Assembly (NCBI GenBank): GCA_951406725.2 | Contig: OX597818.1 | Location: 69,812,001-69,876,000, forward strand | Reading direction: 5' to 3' | Length of the DNA stretch: 64,000 bases | From: Octopus vulgaris | Lineage: Eukaryota | Shown here: piece by piece, positions 38,535 through 52,235 of the stretch | How positions within the stretch are numbered: the stretch's first letter is position 1 | Layout: each line of letters begins with the position of its first letter | Notes under the pieces: generated by a model | The model's input: the letters and a program-made list of their open reading frames with translations, nothing else | What the model was told of the DNA's origin: nothing | The model's database searches: none | Made by a program: the position numbers and the translations under genes

Positions 38535-39560
38535 CACCATAAATGTTCAATAATATTGAGATCTGGGGACTATGGTAGCTAGATAAGATTTTCAACTTTA
38601 CTAGAATGTTCCTTGTGCCATGCAGTAACAACTTTAGCTGTATGAATTGGTGCATTATCATCCTGAAAGATCGCGTTTCCCTCTAGAAACAGTTTCACAA
38701 CCATAGTATGAATTTGATCAGATGAAATGCTTAAATAGTCTTGACTATTAATTCTGCCATGAAGGGAAACCATGGGGCCTGCAGATTTCTAAGATATAGC
38801 CCCCTAGATCATCACAGATCCTCCACCATGTTTAACAGTTGGAAGAAGGCAGTCTGGGTCAAATGCTTCTTTTGGCTGTCTCTACATGTATACTCGGTCA
38901 TTGGTCAGAAATTAGGTAAAGGATGACTCGTCTGAGAAAATAACATTCTTCCACTGCTCTAGGGACCAATTTCGCAGGTTTTTACTCCACTCTAAATGCT
39001 TTGCAACGTTTGTTTTTGAAAGTGGTAGTTTTCTAATTGCAGCCCTCCCGTGAAATCTGGCTTTGTGCAGCTCCTGGCAAACAATTTTTGTGGAAACTGG
39101 GTTCTTGAGGTGGTCATTAAGCTCTACAGTAATTTTGGGAGCTGTACTTTTGTGATCCTTTCTAACAATTCGTGTAAGAGTCCGACGGTCCCTATCGGAA
39201 AGTTTTGGTTTTCTTCCAGAGTTTTGTTTCGACAAGGAGGTTTTTCCTTCTTTCTCAAAGGCTGTAATTACTTTCAAGTCAGAACTTCTTGATACACCAA
39301 ACATTTCGGCTGTTTTCATTACGTTAGCACCTTCCATACAAGCACCAACAATTGAAATTCCAATAGATCTGTCATTTTAATGAATTTTAATTATTTTTTT
39401 CTAATGATATCTGAAGAGAAACAGCAATTTTAGCAAAACATATTAAGCAACACTAATAATAAATAAAAAACATAAAAATAAACAAGCTTTTGACAGTTTT
39501 ATAGATATTTCAAAATTATGCTATGATGCTAGGTGTTTTCGTTATTTTGTCCAACCCCTG
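38535..39560 (-). mobile_element. Tc1-family DNA transposon, 3'-truncated
   Basis: 5' TIR caggggttggacaaaataacgaaaacacc (39532-39560). Transposase: GRKPKLSDRDRRTL.RIVRK, WKNVIFSDESSFT, IFQDDNAPIH, SPDLNIIEHLW (DD34E-type triad). Confidence 0.92.
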
Positions 39561-39613
39561 TGTGTGTATATATATATATATATAATTCCTATATTCTCAC
39601 CACATAACTAAAC

Positions 39614-39666
<53 letters not shown>

Positions 39667-39676
<10 letters not shown>

Positions 39677-40575
39677 ATTATGAAGTCGTCAGCGAAACAG
39701 AGGTGGGTGAGGAGTTCGCTTTTGATGTTGACACCGCCTTGCCAGTCGATGCCTCTGATGATCTGCTCGAGACATGCGGTGAAAAGTTTTGGAGAGATCG
39801 TATCTCCTTGCTTCACTCTCTTCTCGACCGGCACTCGTACGGGTGATGACAGCAGAGCTATGTCGGTGGTGCATCCGGAATTTGCATCCCTGAGCAGTTG
39901 CACATATTGCGCCTCGACTCCTTTGCCTCTGCAGCGAGTCCAGCACTGCGTTGGTTTCGACGATGTCGAAGGCCTTCTCATAGTCTACAAACGCAACGCA
40001 AAGCGGCTGCTTGTACTCATTCGCTCACTCAAGCAGTTGTATTAGAGTAAATATATGGTCCATTGTGCTGTAGTTTTTCCGGAAGCCGGCTTGTTCCTTC
40101 AGTTGTTGTTCGTCGAGATGACGTGACAACCTGTTCAGAATTATCTTCGTGAACAGCTTGTACACGTGAGACAGCAGGCATATGGGTCGGTAGTTCTTTA
40201 GATCTTCTCTATCGCCCTTCTTATATAGCAGGATGGTATTTGACTCTTTCCACTGCGAGGGAATTCTTCTCTCATATAGATAGTGCGTGAATCGCTCAGT
40301 GCGGATTTTCTGGAGCTGCTCTCTGCCTGACTTTAGCACCTCCGATGTTATACCGTCTTTCCTTGGCGCCTTTCCGCTTTTCATCGAGCCGATGGCTCTT
40401 TCAACCTCACTGACAAGGATAGGTGGCACATATTCTTCCTGTTGGAGTGGTGGTAACGGCTGGACATTTCTGGTAGCCTTAAAGAGCTTGGTGTAGAAGT
40501 CTTCGCAAACTTTTTCCATCTCGCTCTTATCGTTGACCGGTACTCCATCTGTATTCTTCAGGGCCGTCACCTCCA
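39667..40575 (-). mobile_element. RTE LINE (second family), inverted 5' segment of the RT
   Basis: KAPRKDGI, NYRPICLLSHVYKLFTKII, EQAGFRKNYSTMDHI, VKQGDTISPKLF, LTHLCFADD. Confidence 0.92.
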
Positions 40576-40592
40576 ATCTATATAGTACCATG

Positions 40593-41385
40593 TCCCGTTT
40601 CGCTGACGACATCGTAATCATCGCTGAAACCACGGATCAGCTTCAGACCATGCTGACGGAGCTCGACATCAAAAGCTCTGCAGTAAGTCTCAAGATGAAC
40701 CTCATGAAAACGAAGTTCATGCAGTCAGACAACGTACCAACAGGTCGAATGGTGATCGGCAGTGATGAAGTAGAGGAGGTAAAGGAATATGTCTACCTGG
40801 GACAGGAAGGGAATATGTGCCTAGATATCGAAAAGGAGATCTCACGGAGAGTAAGGGCCGGATGGAAGGCGTTTAATGGCATAAGGGATGTGCTCAAGGG
40901 AAAGTTGGACAGGACCACCCGTGCCAACCTCATCAACAGTACAATTCTACCTGCAATGTTATATGGTAGAGAAACATGGGCTACAACAAAGAGAGAAGAG
41001 CAGAGATTGGTAACGGCTCAAAGAGCCTTGGCGAGGTCAATGCTTGGAATTTCGTTGAGAGAGCACATCAGTAGCGAGGTCATCAGAAAGAAGTCCGGCG
41101 TGAGGGATGTCATCGCAGAGTATACACGCAGCAAGTTTAGACGGGCTGGATACGTCGCCCGGCTCACCGATAATCAGTGGACCCGCGCAGTTGTCAAGTG
41201 GTACCCGTACGAGTGGAAACAACCACTCGGAAGGCCTCCACGACAGTGCAGTTACGATTTCAGGAGGACGATTGGGATCACGTGGATGAGAAAGACACGA
41301 TCCGGAGAGGAGTGGACAGCGTGCTGTGACCAGCAGTGTTAAATGGACGCCCGACGGACTGGTCGGTCAAGGTGATCAAGGTGAT
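40593..41385 (+). mobile_element. RTE LINE (second family), forward 3' segment with short tandem-repeat tail
   Basis: RFADDIVIIAE, KMNLMKTK, EYVYLGQ, EISRRVRAGW, ILPAMLYGRETW, PLGRPPR; tail caaggtgat x2. Confidence 0.92.
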
Positions 41386-42122
41386 ATATATAAATATATA
41401 TATATATATAAATATATATGTATATATATATATGCACAGTTTAGTTATGTGGTGAGGATATAGGAATTTTATATTGTTACTGGAAAAAGTATGTTTGCAT
41501 AATTGAGTAATTTTGAGTTTGCTTAAAAAATGTACATACACACATATACACATGCATTCACATAATATGTATATATGTAACTTAGCAACATATTTATAGA
41601 ATGCTGTTCATCTTTGTTATCCCATATCTCAGAGGTATTTATACCTTTGGGTTTATCTATAACATTTTGCATGAAATTTCTTGTTGTGTATTAATTTCCT
41701 GGTGTCAAAAACTGAAGCCTCATATCCTATGTACTATTTGTACCAGTTGCTGTAGCTTTCATTGCTTTGCATAGAATATATAATGGTTGTTATAGCTTGT
41801 CACTGTATTTATAACGGTTACTATGGCTTGTACATAGAATTATCGATCAGTAGAGAATATAAACAAAACTGCTGTTCACACTGTTACTTTGCAGTTTCTG
41901 TTTAGGACAAACTAAACACACAATTCTCTACAAGTCTCGTATGTCACAGGGAGAAAGAGGAATCTGTCTTTCAGGAGAATGACATGCTGTCTGGGGGAGG
42001 AAAGAGAGAATGGGAGAGAAAGAAAGAAAGACAGAAAGAAAGATTTAGTGTCAACTGAGGTGATATACATTGCGGTGATTGTTCAGCCCCAGGTCAGCCT
42101 TAATCCATCCACCTTGGTTTAA

Positions 42123-42350
42123 CCCTTTAGCATTCAGATTCCTCTGTCAAACGTTAATTCTTGATTATTCACATTGTTTTGAATTAATCATGCATTAATC
42201 TCAAAGCCTCAAGAGATTTTGATAAATGTGATTTTTTTTTTCTAGTATGGCATTTGTAGGGGGTAAGCAGGAAAGAGCTGGTTTGGCCAGTTTGAACATG
42301 AAACAAGGAGAATATTTTGGCCATAAATGACCAGTTCAAATGTTAAAGAG
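42123..42350. mobile_element. piggyBac-type MITE
   Basis: TTAA on both sides (42119-42122 and 42351-42354); termini CCCTTTAGCATT and AATGTTAAAGAG form a 10/12 inverted match. Confidence 0.75.
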
Positions 42351-43336
42351 TTAAAGGCTTTAACAGCCGTTGCTCTCTGGATTTCTTTTTTAGTCTTTTC
42401 AGACATAACACATCCAGGACTTCTTTATCCAGTACATCTTTCCTATTTTTATCTATTTCATTTATTTATTTTTGAAGATGCTAAAATCTATTTTATGAGA
42501 GATTCAACTGCTACTTACTTTTAATATATCCCACAAGTATATATCTGTCTCCGTGTTGGCTTGATAAATGTTTAATAGTAGGCACCTGTGTCCATATATG
42601 GAAATAATAGAACTTTTAAATGTTTGATTTTGGTATAACGTCAACATTTGACTATAATCTGATGATAATTATCATTTCAATTTTGACCATTGTATTTTTA
42701 CAATGGCAGAAGATTAAGACATCAGATCATGAAGTCACCTTTGTGTTATGCAACATAAAGTCACCTTGACAGGTCAGGTGACTATTGAGAGAATGTCTTG
42801 GTTGGTATATTCTTAAACATTTGGAAAAGACCAGAACAAAATGACAATTAGTTTAATATTTGACTTCCTTTAGACAGGTTGTTAGCTAAACTTTTATGTG
42901 TGTGTGGGGGAGGGTATGGTGCTGGTCTCTAACCCTAACCTTAACCCTAAATACCCAGTAAAAATAAGTTATTTATTATTGTTGTTGTATATAAGTAATA
43001 ATTTGTGAACTTTCATGATTATTTAATGTAACAGTATTTTAATATTCATTATTTTGTTATTTAATGATAATTATTGTGTTGTTTTATATTATATTTTTGC
43101 ACGTATTGTTATCAAAATATAAATAAAATGTCAAAACATTTTGTTGTATAATATTTTATAATATTAGGTAATGTTAGTTGAATAACACAGGCATTAGGAA
43201 GGGCATCCAGCTGTAGAAACCATTCCAAATCAGATAATGGGACTTGGTCTGGCTCCTGGCTTTGCCTGCTCCTGTCAAAATGTCCAACCCATGCCAGCAT
43301 GGAAAATGGATGTTAAATTGTGATGAGGATGATGAT

Positions 43337-43374
<38 letters not shown>

Positions 43375-43674
43375 TAAATTAGAGATAAAACCACTATTAG
43401 GCAAATCAAACAGTGAAAATCATAAGCCAATACATAGAAATAAAATTAAATTTTTAAAAATATAAAGTATAACATATAAAAAAAATATGAAATTCCAAAT
43501 TAAAATATTTAAATTAAAGTTAAAATTTAAAAAATTATTTAAATAATTTAAACTTATAAATTTTAAATATATATATATATATATATTATTTTATTTTATT
43601 TTATTTATTTATTATTTTTTTTTTAATTATATAACTATTAAAAAGTATTAAAAGTTTAATATAAGATATGGGTG

Positions 43675-43706
<32 letters not shown>

Positions 43707-43899
43707 TGTATGTATGTATGTATGTATATTTATGTATGTATATACAGATGGTATCCATATTTGATGGACTGAATTTGCAAAAAATGCTCTGAAAGCTCAA
43801 TGTGTCAAGTTTTTTCTTGTCTTTGCAAAATTTATCCATTATTTTTTTCCTGGTATTCTTTCATTTATTTCCTAAAACAAAAAAAAATTGACTGCTTTT

Positions 43900-44300
43900 T
43901 TACAGTTGTTGTTAACCCATGGCTTCACGGAAGAGAAAGTAAACTGTGTTCTTTGGTTGGCTGAGCTAAAATCTACCATCATTATCCAAAGAAGGTTAAG
44001 AACTTGTTACAGTAAAGGTAAGTAATGTCTATTCAACTAAATTTTGATCTTTAGAGGACTTGTAAATTAGGATAATTGATGTGATGGATGGTATTAATGT
44101 AAATCAGCTGCAAAATGTTTTCCAAAACCCACAGAATCATAAATAACTGTTTGTATACATAACAATGGTGGACATCAACAATCCAAATAATAAATTCAAA
44201 TACTTGTTCTTTCTTATTCCTTTTTACAGATTAGTTTTATCATGAAAAGATACAAAGCTACAAGTATTTTAAATTGCACATGAACTTTATAGACACCCCA
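43900..44300 (+). mobile_element. Internally deleted Tc1/mariner-superfamily element (DUF4817-type HTH plus C-terminus)
   Basis: EKVNCVLWLAELKSTIIIQRRLRTCYSK, then LEDL*IRIIDVMDGINVNQLQNVF..CIHNNGGH. Confidence 0.55.
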
Positions 44301-44609
44301 CCCTCTCTTTTTCTCTCTCTGTATATATTTATGTGTATATATTTGACAGACGCAGAGAGGCTTATTCACTGGTGTAATGGTAACGCACTTAGTCACGTTA
44401 ACAAAGGGATTTGGATTCAAGTCCCACACAAATAGGAAAGCCTACATTTTTCTGTTAGGGCTTATATGCCCCATTATTAAACTATTTTTCTTAGTCATTG
44501 CATGATGATCGCTATAAGCTTTAGGCTTATATAAATACCATTATTATTAGTTACAGGATTGTAAAACCCAGCACTGTATAAGAAAACCATTTGCACCAAA
44601 ATATACGTG

Positions 44610-44655
<46 letters not shown>

Positions 44656-45821
44656 CAAATTTGAGTTTGACTTATATTTACACATATAGATCATGGACAC
44701 ATCATCAATATTTTATTCTGGGGTCACTTTTTGTTTTGGGCCTCACAATATACCTTCTCAGGCATGTCAACCACACAAAAGTTGATGATGCCTTGGCCTC
44801 TATCCAACTGGCATTCTACTGACCCCTACTGACCCTACAGATCACCCCTTTTCAGCCAGAGCCATCTTGGTGCTTTTTCAATAGCCTCATTTATTCTTGA
44901 TGGTTTTTCTTCTGTTCATTCTCGTAATTCCCCTGGTTTCATAGGCTTTAGGGGGGGGGGGGAAGGCAGGAAAAGATAAAATAGTAGAAAGTCTTCAAAG
45001 AAAAAAAAAAAAAAGCAAGCCTGTTGCAGCCAGCAAATGGAACCATGCAATTGAAAGAGAAATGGTAGAAAAATTTGTTACTGCGGAGCAAGAAATCCAA
45101 ATGTAAATAAATTAATATATAAAATAAATAAAAATTAAGAGACAACTTCCACCATCTGCAAAACACAAAACAACATCAAAATCAACAAACAAGCAATATA
45201 AACATATGAATTAAAAGACAGAAATATATATATATATATATATCTTTATAGATATGTATGTATGTATATATATATATCACTGCATGTGTGTATATATATA
45301 TCAGTATATATATATATATATATAGATAGATAGATAGATATATATGTATATATATATATCAGTATATATATATACGTGTGTATATACAGATTGATTTATT
45401 GTGCGTTTATATTTGTTCAGAAAGTAGAACGCACGATATAGTTGGGCGATAAACATATAGGCATCAATCAAGCTACTCTTTCAGCAGGTCTGACTATTTA
45501 GATTTCTTTTAAGATTAATGTAAATGTCAGATTCACTGACCATGTTATATTATTTATGTTTCTAGTTATGTTCCATTAGACATATTAGACAATCCATAAA
45601 CAACATCACTGTACTTTAGAAACTATAGAAAGCAGCTAAAGATGCAAAAAGAAAAAATATATATATAATAAAATAAAATAAAGATAAATAAATAAAATAC
45701 GACAGAGTGGGGAAACATAGCAACAAACATTGCAACAAATAACATCAACAACAACAACAGAAATATTCCCAGTCGTTTCAATTTCAGATATTTTACTATT
45801 ATTTTGTGATAGGCACCCTAA

Positions 45822-45860
<39 letters not shown>

Positions 45861-45898
45861 TATATATTTACATACATACATATATACATATATATATA

Positions 45899-45950
<52 letters not shown>

Positions 45951-46145
45951 TCAGTAAATATGTACAGGAAAATGCACAACTTCTGCTGAAAAGAATTTAG
46001 TGTGAGTAAACTAATTATTATACAAGCTTGCACCTTTATCTCATATTAGTAACTATTCCTTTGATATACATAGATACACACACACACGTGTGTGTTTATA
46101 TACATACATACAGACATACATGCACACACACATACACACACACAC

Positions 46146-46206
<61 letters not shown>

Positions 46207-48077
46207 CATATATATACTTGTGTTTAATGGAAGTGGTTTCTATAACATACGCCAATTGGGAACAGAATTACTCCAAAAAATGATATCTGTCTGATAGTAA
46301 CAATTATTGCAACATCAAGCTAAACATTCTAATTTCTGATATTTAATATTACATATTAAATATAATAACATAAAGAAAAACCATAGTAATTATTGCGAAA
46401 ATGCATAATTTCTGTCTTTGCTTGTAATATGAAAAGAACTGTACAACAACAGCAACAACAACAACAAATGAAATTAATAAAGAGAAATAAAAGGAAAATG
46501 CTTTGAACTGTAGGACATTGTGTGAAAAAATTAATTATCTCCTCTATACATCTCTGCTTAAATTAATTGCTAGTCTACAGCAAAAGGTTATGCAATTATA
46601 TAGATTTCCAGAACTTATTAGGATTGAGAACAGATTAATCCCAAACCTGATAGAAATACCTGATACCAATTTATAGAATTATGGAATTATAGAATTATAG
46701 AATTATGGTTTCATAAGTTGGTATTATGTATCAGGATTATAAAAGAAGATAAATAAGACATTGTGAAAGCCAATGATAGCTACATGCTTTGTGTAGCAAT
46801 CAGTGGACACATTGCTCACTTTTGTCTCAGATGTCATCACTATAGATTAGTGAGAAGGGGAAGGCCAATGTCCTGTCCACGATATTTTGTGCAGGTTCCC
46901 AGAAACTGGGGTGGTAAGGGAAGGGAAAGAAATCCTGATTTATAAATTATTATAGTTGAAAGTCAAAAAAGAAAGTATAATAATATATAGTTATGACTTG
47001 CTTGCAAGTAGCCATGAGCAGATGTAGGCCCCTTTTCATCCTTCTCAGTCTTTGACCCCTCCACCAAAAAGAAAACAAAAACATTCAAGATGTGAGCGAA
47101 AAGAGTTGTTATGAGCACCATTACTTGTTTCAAGCCAAGTAGACTGGAACAAGGTGAAATAAAGTGTTGCTCATGGACCAGAAATGAAATCTATGATCTG
47201 ATGAGTCTACAAAGTAATTCTGTAACCATTAGGTCACATGTTTTCAGTTGGAAGCAGGGCATCAACATTTTGAATTATCTTAAGAATGGAAACCTGGTGT
47301 TTATGCATGCACCAGAATGGATTCCATTGAAGCTTGTTGAGAATCAAATGATGGTATTATTTCAGGCTACAGAATAATTTACTCCATAAGAATTGAGAGA
47401 ATTGTCTAGTAGAGTACCACCCAATTTCTATTAACCATATTTCACTCACTTTCATCTCCACCTAACACTATGGTAGGAAAATTCTTGTCCAAGGTGCCAT
47501 GTAATGAGTTTGAACCTAGAACCAATGTGTTTGCAAAGCAGCTTCATTAATACATCTACACTGAAATTAAAGCCTATAATGAATAATTTGAAGACTCTGT
47601 GGCTTTCATTTCTTTCCCTGAAGGGGGAAGGGAAACGAGTCATGCGGAAAGACACCGCATGTTACAATTGAAATTCAGCTGAGAAATTAGGTTTGCCAAA
47701 AACTTTCCCCCACAGCATCGTACTCTTTGCCAAATTATAGAATCAGAGAAACAATACCTTATTAGCAGACGGCGTCACATCGTTGATCAAATAGAAAACT
47801 GAAAGCAGGTTTTTATTTGATCAATCAATCATTAATGACTTTTCTCATGGTAACATGATTTCACTGACTAATATGGCATTCATTAGAATTTAGAACAAGC
47901 TGGGTAGATGTCAGCCACACAGCTAAAAATCTTATGGGTATGTCTCCCAACATTCACCAACCAATCACCAAACACCACCAGCTTCCAACTCTCCACCAGC
48001 AAATTTGATTTTAAGAGACAAATAGCAACTCCAAAGTGAGGGGAACTAAAAACATGAATATATGCAGTAGTGCAATG

Positions 48078-48460
48078 GCGGTGGTATGGTGGTGGTGGTG
48101 GTGGTGGTGGTGGTGGTGGCGGTGGCGACGGCGGAGGTGGTGGTGGTGGTAGTGGTGGTGGTGGCGGCAGAGGTGGTTGCGGCAGAGGTGGTGGTGGTGG
48201 TGTTGGTGTTGTTGTTATTAGTGGTGGTGGTGGTGTTGGTGTTGTTGTTATTAGTGGTGGTGGTGGTTGTGATTGTGGTGGGGGTAGTCATCTTCATCAT
48301 CATAATCATCATCATCATTGTCATTGTTGTTTGTCATAACTGTCAGCAGCAGCAGCAGCAGCAGCAGCTTTTGTGGTTGTAGCGGGGGGGGAGCGCAGTA
48401 GCAGCAGCAGCAGCAGCAGTGATGGTGGTGACAGTGATATCATCATCATCATCATCATGG
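48078..48460. repeat. (GGT)n/(CAT)n/(CAG)n compound microsatellite
   Basis: Direct inspection. Confidence 0.9.
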
Positions 48461-48990
48461 TTGTAGTGTTACAGTTGTTGTTTAATCCCAGCTCAATGCT
48501 GGTCCAACAGACCTGTAACGAAGTACCTTCCTACCATGACCATCTCACCTTCTCTTCAGACGTATAACAGCCAAAGCTCTGTCATCCGGTGTTTACTTAC
48601 TTTTGTCAAGGCAGTAAAATGGCTGAGAGTTTCTTTCTTTCCATTCACTTCATACATTCTTCCATTCTTCCATTTCTGTATTTCTCTTTTATTTATCTCT
48701 AATTACAAGAACACCTCACAGCCTGATGGAACCCACTCCAGGCTTTCAAGGTGCCATGCGACACAGATATTTCTCTTTCCTCGAAAGACATCAAATTATC
48801 TCAGGTTTTTGTAATATAAATATTTTATCTCCTCACCACAAACCAGCAACACAGGTCTTCACCTAGAACAGGCTCAGACCAGCAAACTGCACTTATCCCG
48901 ATTCTTATTGACTTTCAAACTTGATGGAGAAAGGAAGGAATCACCTTTGCTACAATTGTCACATCAAGATTCGTTCTTTCTTAACACTAA

Positions 48991-49020
48991 CTCTACTACT
49001 ACTACTACAACTACTACTAC

Positions 49021-49052
<32 letters not shown>

Positions 49053-49545
49053 CTTCTTCTTCTCCTCTTCTTCTTCTTCTTCTTCTTCTCCTTCTCCTCC
49101 TCTCTCCTTCTCCTCCTTCTTCTTCTTCTTCTTCTTCTTCTTCTTCTTCTTCTTCTTCTTCTTCTTCTTCTTCTTCTTCTTCTTCTTCTTCTTCTTCTTC
49201 TCCTCCTCCTCCTTCTCCTCCTTCTCCTCCTTCTCTTCCTTCTCCTCCTTCTTCTTCTTCTTCTTCTTCTTCTTCTTCTTCTTTTCTTCTTCTTCTTCTT
49301 CTCTTCTTCTTCTTCTTCTTCTTCTTCTTCTTCTTCTTCTTCTTCTTCTTCTTCTTCTTCTTCTTCTTCCTTCTCCTTCTTCTTCTTCTTCTTCTTCTTC
49401 TTCTTCTTCTTCTTCTTCTTTTCTCCTTCTTCTTCTTCTTCTCTTCTTCTTCTTCTTCTTCTTCTTCTTCTTCTTCTTCTTCTCCTTCTTCTTCTTCTTC
49501 TTCTTCTTCTTCTTCTTCTTCTTCTTCTTCTTCTTCTTCTTCTTC
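48991..49545. repeat. (ACT)n followed by about 520 bp of (CTT)n
   Basis: Direct inspection. Confidence 0.97.
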
Positions 49546-49914
49546 AAGCCAATGATGGGAACATCAAAGCAATTGCTCAATCTGTTCAGAAAAAAAAAAT
49601 AAAAAACAACCAAATTTTTTATTCGAATCCCATTCTACCATCTTTCATAATGGGAAAGACAATGAGATAACAGAGTCCTACATGGCCAGAAAAAAGCAGG
49701 ATGGTCATGGCTAGACTGCCTTTGATCACAAGTCTGCTAAACTAGGGTTGTTGTTTCTGTTTCACTCCAGGATTCACCTGCAGCTAAACTTTTCATGTGA
49801 TATTTCTATCCTCTTCTACTTTCAGCCCAAAGCTAACATTTTACTTCAAACCTTTCTTCCTGATCTTCCTCCCAATGGAAAACTCCCTTCGTTCATTTTT
49901 TTATCCTAAAGATA

Positions 49915-50940
49915 TCAGCTGGCAGAATTATTTGCTTAGCAGCATTTCTTCCAACTTTTGCCGAGGGGGACTTTGCCTTTCATCCTTTCAGAGCCAATAA
50001 AACAAGTACTGAGGTCAAAATAATTGACTTTGCCTCTTGCCAGAAATTGCTGGCCTTGTGCCAAAATTTGAAACTATTATTTTTATTTCCATTTGGAAAG
50101 GGAATAGAGATTGGAGAGGGAGGTGCTGTCCTTGAGTTTACAGAAAGACAGGTGAAAGTTACAAAAAGGCAAGAATGGATGGTGCCTCTCTAAGTGTAGA
50201 CTTGTGAGTCAGAAAGAAAGAATTGGAGAGGACACTTGCTCCAGGGGTTTCAGGGAAATCCTGGACAGGGAAATTCCTTGATTATCCCTAGAGGCATTCC
50301 TGTATCAGGAGGGACACATCTCTGTCATCCTCCCCTACCTTTTTTTTGTACCTTTCTATGCTATGCATGTCCCTTCTTTTCCAATCTATACCACGTATAC
50401 TTATTTTTTTATCATTTCATTATTATATGTACACACCCACACTTTTTGTCTGTCTCTGTATTGTCCCCCTCATTCTTTGCCCTTGTGGCAAATAAATGAA
50501 ATCATTATTATTATTATTATTATCATTAGGGAAGGCAACAAGCTTAGCAGTATTTCACCTGCCGCTATATTCTGAATTCAAATTCTACCGAGGTCGATTT
50601 TACCATTCATCCTTTTGGGGGTCGATAAATTAAGTACCAGTAAAACACTGTAATTGACTCATCCCCTCCCCCAAAATTGCTGCCCTTGTGGCAAAATTTG
50701 AAACCATTATTATTATCATTAAGGTGGCAAGCTAAAAGAATCATTAGCAGGATGAGCCAAATACTTTGCAGTATTTTGTCTGTCTTTACATTCTGAGTTC
50801 AAATTCCACTGAGGTAACCTTTATTTTTTATCCTTTTGAGGTCAGTAAAATAACTACCAGTTGAGTCCTGGGGCTAGTGTTATTGACCTACCCCCTCACC
50901 CAAAGTTGCTGGCCTTGTGCCAACATTTCAAACCATTATT
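49915..50940 (+). mobile_element. Three tRNA-derived SINE copies (about 49915-50075, 50530-50710, 50720-50940)
   Basis: Shared head and core; each ends in 'ccttgtg.caa.atttgaaac.attatt'. Confidence 0.75.
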
Positions 50941-52235
50941 ATTTTATTGCCTTTGCACAGCTTCTAACACTGGAGATGTCCAACGGTGTCAGCTGTTCAC
51001 AACCAAGGAACTAAGGTAGCACCCCCTTTTATTTTTGAGCACCTTCCAGAGTATTCGAGTGGTTCCAAGCAGTGTTGTTTTCTGCAAGTGCTCCACCCTT
51101 ATTGCAGCCCCTATTTGTTCCATGTACTTCTCAAGATTTTTACTCACTGTTCCCAGGGCTCCAACAATTACTACCACCTTTTTCAGCGACCACAACTGCT
51201 TAACCACCCAAGCTAACCTGTCATATCTCTCCACTTTTCTTTCTTTCTTATTGCACACCTTGTTGTCAGTTGGGCATGCTATATCTATGATCCAGCATCG
51301 TTTGCTTTCTTTCTCAACACTATGTCTGGTTTCCTATTTTCTATCTCATGGTCACACTGAATCATAAAATCCCATAGGATTTTGATGCCTTCGGGTTTAT
51401 GTTCATACCACTTTTCTGTTCTGTCAAGTCCATACTTGTTGCAAAGTATCCAATGGACAATCCTTGCTATATTGTCATGACATCTCTTATATTCTTTCTG
51501 GGCTAGTGGCATTTTGTCCACAGATTCTGCACTTATCACTTTCTGATGTGTTGTTTATTCTGTATTTGATGTAATTCGTTCTTAATGCTTGCTTTTGGGC
51601 AGCACAGATTAAAGCCTCCACTTCCAGTTTTAAATCACTTTTAGTCACCACAGTCATCTTTTTACTCTGTCTGTCTTATCTTCAACATCCCTATGAAATT
51701 GTCCATGCATTCTTTTTCTTTCACTTCTAGATTTAAGAGATGAGGAATTATGTACATTATTTACATTATTTACATTATATTATCATGTAAATAATGTATG
51801 TTCTTTTCTTTATCCACCTATTTTCAGTTTCATTCATTCTCAAGTGCTTGTACAGTATTTTATCTTTGCAATTTTTCATCTTACATAAGCCTGACCTTCT
51901 TACTTCCAGTAATAGTGGTTCTGTGGGATTTTTTTACATACCATGCTATGTTGTTTTCTTTTGCTCTAATGCTGTGTTCGCATCCAATAAGTTCTCTTCC
52001 TCCACTTTTTCTTGGTACATACAGTCTGTCTGTGTCACTTTTTGGGTGGAGAGACCCATCTCTAGTTAGCAACTTCCTTGTCTTTGTCTAAGCTGTTTAG
52101 TTCGTCTGCTGTCCACGCGATTACCCCTGCTCCATATCTAAAGAGTGAAACCACCCAGGTGTTGATAGCTTCGATCTTATTCCGTCCGTTTAATTTTGAC
52201 TTAAGGATCAGTCTCAGTCAGTGCAAGTACTCCAC
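50941..52235 (-). mobile_element. R4/Dong-like LINE 3' portion (same family as 3537-4282)
   Basis: LHPKSDTDRLYVPRKSGGRELIGC, QKEYKRCHDNIARIVHW, ENRKPDIV, LQKTTLLGT. The 3' UTR is collinear with 4160-4235. Confidence 0.92.

Larger units (their letters stand above)
39584..41468. repeat. 37-bp inverted repeat pair (39584-39620 and 41432-41468) bracketing the inverted RTE copy
   Basis: aattcctatattctcaccacataactaaactgtgcat versus the reverse complement of atgcacagtttagttatgtggtgaggatataggaatt: 36/37 identical. Confidence 0.9.

Noticed and set aside
44360-44432. tRNA-like sequence with A box and B box
   Set aside because: No complete cloverleaf or acceptor stem; most likely a decayed SINE head.
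47641-47661. GC hairpin CATGCGG-aaagaca-CCGCATG
   Set aside because: Isolated 7-bp stem. It could be the end of a Helentron-type element, but no second terminus was identified.
48908-49670. Long homopolymeric or dipeptide ORFs here and at 33808-34821, 35425-36279 and 58101-58779
   Set aside because: These are translations of microsatellites, with no evidence of coding function.
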